A model generated the notes under the pieces. That model was not told the origin of the DNA. It saw nothing but the letters and a program-made list of their open reading frames with translations, and made no database searches. The position numbers and the translations under genes are program-made. This document shows, piece by piece, positions 61,156 to 64,000 of a stretch of DNA of 64,000 nucleotides; positions within the stretch are counted from its first letter, which is position 1; each line of letters opens with the position of its first letter. The stretch is taken from NCBI GenBank assembly GCA_963663385.2, contig CAXXXD010000002.1, positions 1,809,024-1,873,023 of the forward strand. Direction: 5' to 3'. The stretch is from Oceanispirochaeta sp. GTDB lineage: Bacteria > Spirochaetota > Spirochaetia > DSM-2461.

Positions 61156-61958
61156 AGACCGCACCGGGATAAAAGTTCATTCCCCAGAGCCCTTACTTCC
61201 TCCGCGGGCCTTTTCCATTGGTTACCGGACAGCTGGACCAGGCCCTTCCTCTCGGCAATGGCTTCCTCGATCCGGATCGACCGGCTGATCACGGTCTCAA
61301 AACAGGTTTCTCCGAAGAACCCGGTCAGTTCGGCTTTCAGCTCCCGGCCGATCAGGGTAACCGGGTTGTAGCTGTTAAGGACGACTCCCAGGGCGTAAAG
61401 AGTCGGGTTCAGGCTCCGCCTGATCTTCTCCATGGTTTCCAGAAGGTCCGAAGCTCCCTGCAGGGCGTACTGACTGGCTGTAATGGGCATCACAAGGTGA
61501 TCGGCGGCTACAAGGGCATTGCCCGTGAGGATTCCCAGGGAAGGGGGAGTATCCATCAGGATAAAATCGTAGGATTCGAACTCCTCCCGTTCGAAAAGCT
61601 CCTTAAACCGTACATAGCCGTCGAACTCTCCCACAAGCTGTTTTTCCAGCAGGCTGAGATAGATCGATCCGGAAAGGATCTCAAGATTCTCACTGACACT
61701 TTGAACGTGAATTTCATCTTCTGTAATGGCCTCGTACAGTCCTTTTCCCGGCTGGTCGAAGAAACTTCTGGAAAGGTTGCCTTGGCTGTCACAGTCTACC
61801 AGAAGGGTTTTCAGCCCTTTATCATGGGCCAGGTAACAGCCCAGTTCTCTTGTCATGGTGGTCTTGCCGACCCCGCCTTTCTGGTTGGTAAATACGATCT
61901 TTTGGCGACTAAGAATGGGGCCCTGATGCTTTGCATCACCCATTTTATCTAGATTCAC
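61152..61958 (-). CDS. parA: ParA/Soj-family ATPase
   Basis: NQKGGVGKTT, VDCDSQGN, DTPPSLG. Confidence 0.9.
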   Translation of the reverse strand: MNLDKMGDAKHQGPILSRQKIVFTNQKGGVGKTTMTRELGCYLAHDKGLKTLLVDCDSQGNLSRSFFDQPGKGLYEAITEDEIHVQSVSENLEILSGSIYLSLLEKQLVGEFDGYVRFKELFEREEFESYDFILMDTPPSLGILTGNALVAADHLVMPITASQYALQGASDLLETMEKIRRSLNPTLYALGVVLNSYNPVTLIGRELKAELTGFFGETCFETVISRSIRIEEAIAERKGLVQLSGNQWKRPAEEVRALGNELLSRCGL

Positions 61959-62211
61959 ACTGGGCCTCCTCTTCCTTCTTCCAGAGGAGGTTCCGGATCA
62001 CTTCCAGAGTCTCGGGGATCTTCTTCAAAGGAGTCCGGCAGGTACCCAGAAAAAGTTTACGGTCTCCGGTAATGTTCTCTCCTTCCAGAGTGAAAACCAT
62101 CTCCTGGGCTCCCAGGGTTCCCATGCTCAGGTAAACATCGACCAGCCGGTGGTGCTGATCCAAAAGGTAGGCGACTTCGGCCAGGTTGGCTGTTATGAGG
62201 CTGTCTTTCAC
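61945..62211 (-). CDS. Small hypothetical protein, resembles upstream neighbour
   Basis: GTG start overlaps upstream TGA after GGGG RBS; TANLAEVAYLL. Confidence 0.65.
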   Translation of the reverse strand: MKDSLITANLAEVAYLLDQHHRLVDVYLSMGTLGAQEMVFTLEGENITGDRKLFLGTCRTPLKKIPETLEVIRNLLWKKEEEAQCESR

Positions 62212-62492
62212 TGGTGGCCCCCTTTCATGCTTTTCCGGTAGTCCCGCTTGGCATTGTTGGCGTAGTTGTTGATCTCTCCGTAACAACGGCGGAAGAGAAC
62301 CAGATTGACAACCGCTTCACTTCTCAAAAAGTCGCTTTGAAGATGAGGAATGACTTCTCCTTCGAAGTAGAAGTCGCAGATGATATCTTTGGTGACGTTC
62401 CCGGCCAGAAGGCGGCAGGTAACCAGGTGGGGCGTTACCCCTTTAGTCAGGTAGTAGGCGGCCTCGTACAGGTCGCTGGTGCGGATTTCCAT
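62208..62492 (-). CDS. Small mobile-element protein (DUF5659-like)
   Basis: TSDLYEAAY N-terminal motif; GGAG RBS. Confidence 0.65.
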   Translation of the reverse strand: MEIRTSDLYEAAYYLTKGVTPHLVTCRLLAGNVTKDIICDFYFEGEVIPHLQSDFLRSEAVVNLVLFRRCYGEINNYANNAKRDYRKSMKGGHQ

Positions 62493-62588
62493 TCTTTACT
62501 CCATCGGAAGGAGCAGAACGGCATTTGCGGGGATAAGAATTTATGGTAGAATTGTAAGTGCATGGAGTTCTACTCCTATGTTGTTTTT

Positions 62589-62638
62589 AAGCCTGTTTCC
62601 CGAAGGTCGCCAAACACTCGGAAACGGGCTTTTTTATT
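62589..62638. promoter_or_regulatory. Stem-loop in leader of replication operon
   Basis: aagcctgtttcc...ggaaacgggctt followed by T-run. Confidence 0.55.
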
Positions 62639-62735
62639 GCCAACGGCAATATTTCAAAAGTGTGTCAAGTAGCATTTGACTGTTTAATAATGACACATCA
62701 TGTATCACTCGTCAAGTTATATGATAAGATAAATC

Positions 62736-63131
62736 ATGCCTCAAGTACCGAAGAAAGAATTACCCCCTTTAAAAATCAGTGACAAAAGCATTGGTGAAAT
62801 CATTGCCAAAATAAGAAAACAGAGAGGACTTACACAGCTTGAATTGGCTGAAACAATTGGCATTACAAGAACCGCATTATCTGCCTATGAAAGCGGAAGA
62901 GTCCGACTTTATGATGAAATGATAGCAAGATTCGCCATTGCTCTGAATGTCTCGACTGACACTCTTTTCGGGCTGAAGGATGAAAATATTCTTGCACAGG
63001 ATACAAATCTGAAACTTACAAAACGCCTGAAAGAACTGGAAGAACTCCCACCGGCAGACCAAAAAAAAATCCTTGAGCATATCAAGGATTTGAGAGCCAT
63101 GAATGAATTAAAGGAAAATCAATCCAAATAG
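62736..63131 (+). CDS. XRE-family HTH regulator, divergent from element operon
   Basis: IRKQRGLTQLELAETIGITRTALSAYESG. Confidence 0.92.
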   Translation: MPQVPKKELPPLKISDKSIGEIIAKIRKQRGLTQLELAETIGITRTALSAYESGRVRLYDEMIARFAIALNVSTDTLFGLKDENILAQDTNLKLTKRLKELEELPPADQKKILEHIKDLRAMNELKENQSK

Positions 63132-63183
63132 ATATTCTTTCGATATCCGGCTATTACAAAGAGAATGAGAAACCTAACCCTGC

Positions 63184-63478
63184 TTACTGCTTACTGCATT
63201 CCATATTCATCTCTTTTCGAAGTAAATCATTCAGCAAAGTCTGATACCCTTTACCATGACTTTTTAGCCAAAGAAGAATGTCCGCATCGATTCGGGTGGT
63301 TATCTGCTCTTTCCTGGGCTTGTAAATATCGTGAAAAAGGGACGGCCCTGGAAAAATCCTCATCAGACCACTCTTTTATGTCACTGGTATCTATTTCGGA
63401 GTCGGGTAATTCGGCAAGCTTGGCGAGTCTTGCCTTTGTGTCTTCATCCATAGGACTAAAACCATTTTCCTGCTTCAT
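63184..63478 (-). pseudogene. brnA: BrnA-family antitoxin, frameshifted
   Basis: DSEIDTSDI N-terminus; after T5 run (63334-63338) the shifted frame reads HDIYKPRKEQITTRIDADILLWLKSHGKGYQTLLNDLLR. Confidence 0.85.
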
Positions 63479-63743
63479 ACTTCCTCCTCTCTGCCGTTGT
63501 TGCTTTTCGGGCAGATATTATTCTGAAAACGTCTTCATCCTGCTGATCTCTCATGGTGTAAACCACAAGCACCAGCAGAATGCCGCCGATATGCCCCATA
63601 ATTTGCTGACGGGGCTCTGAATCCGTGTAATCCTCACGAACCAGGGCAAACGGGTCGGCAAAAACATACTTGGCGTCTTTGAATGACAATCCGTGTTTCT
63701 TCTGGTTGATTATGTCTTTTTCTTTATCCCATTCAAAGGTCAT
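63456..63743 (-). CDS. brnT: BrnT-family ribonuclease toxin
   Basis: FEWDKEK...NQKKHGLSF...RIISARKAT..ERRKY. Confidence 0.92.
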   Translation of the reverse strand: MTFEWDKEKDIINQKKHGLSFKDAKYVFADPFALVREDYTDSEPRQQIMGHIGGILLVLVVYTMRDQQDEDVFRIISARKATTAERRKYEAGKWF

Positions 63744-63874
63744 AATATAATTATACTATTTGTAACTACATTTTTGCAATTATGATAAAAAGAGAAAACA
63801 CTCCGCCAGCTCCTGTATAAAATTATTCTGGAATCTATAAACTTACCACTAAAAGCAGGTGAACAGAGAATTCG

Positions 63875-64000
63875 TTATATGGCGAAGCGGACAGCTGCCA
63901 GGGACGGCAGCTGCAGATAACGCATTTTCTGTTTAGAACCGGAGCCACGACGGCGGAGGTTCGGCCTGCGATTACTGCCGGTAAGACTTCTTCAACGTGA
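63875..64000. repeat. 126-bp direct repeat, copy 2 (runs off window edge)
   Basis: About 91% identical to 54514-54639. Confidence 0.92.

Larger units (their letters stand above)
56208..64000 (-). mobile_element. Integrative element: XRE, two small proteins, ParA, primase/helicase, two tyrosine recombinases; right end probably beyond window
   Basis: Tightly coupled GC-richer minus-strand operon; left end at Rhs junction; no capsid or T4SS genes. Confidence 0.75.

Noticed and set aside
210..63620. Many antisense or nested ORFs (e.g. 2636-3538, 12122-12946, 41789-42673, 50601-51608, 61218-61952)
   Set aside because: They shadow well-supported genes and show no recognisable motifs.
63733..63760. 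dif-like Xer site (cataa-tataa-ttatac)
   Set aside because: Spacer is 5 nt, the XerD arm match is poor, and it coincides with the brnT start and promoter.
56208..64000. Prophage or conjugative ICE
   Set aside because: No structural, terminase, relaxase or T4SS genes in view; a helper-dependent lifestyle is not excluded.
54514..64000. CRISPR array or target-site duplication explaining the 126-bp repeat
   Set aside because: Only two long, diverged copies 9.4 kb apart; no spacers and no cas genes.

Overview
Bacterial chromosomal window, probably from an anaerobic free-living spirochaete (inferred from gene forms such as the long thymidine kinase and many lipoproteins). Most of it is housekeeping or metabolic: the 3' end of tyrS, a 2-oxoacid:ferredoxin oxidoreductase-buk-ptb operon, eda/kdgK, type III glutamine synthetase, a GntR-LarA-split UxaA-GntP operon, tRNA-Arg(CCG), deoD, rpiB, an ABC transporter, udk, tdk, sdaA and deoC/deoB. 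Two accessory loci stand out. (1) 7.8-19.1 kb: a 3117-aa secreted protein with an AT-rich papain/C39-like C-terminus, followed by an FGE-fold lipoprotein and decayed ORFs, which looks like a polymorphic toxin-immunity locus. (2) 53.7-64 kb: an integrative element with an XRE regulator, two small related proteins, ParA, a CHC2-Toprim-P-loop primase/helicase and two tandem tyrosine recombinases. Its end abuts an Rhs core fragment exactly at YYYNARWYD, followed by an NlpC/P60-like toxin tip, an immunity gene, an attC-like hairpin, a 126-bp repeat and a toxin-antitoxin (TA) pair. The repeat and a different TA pair recur 9.36 kb away at the window edge. My best hypothesis is a self-replicating element that integrates into rhs cores and swaps their toxin tips. 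All family calls come from motif recognition by eye; no database searches were run.
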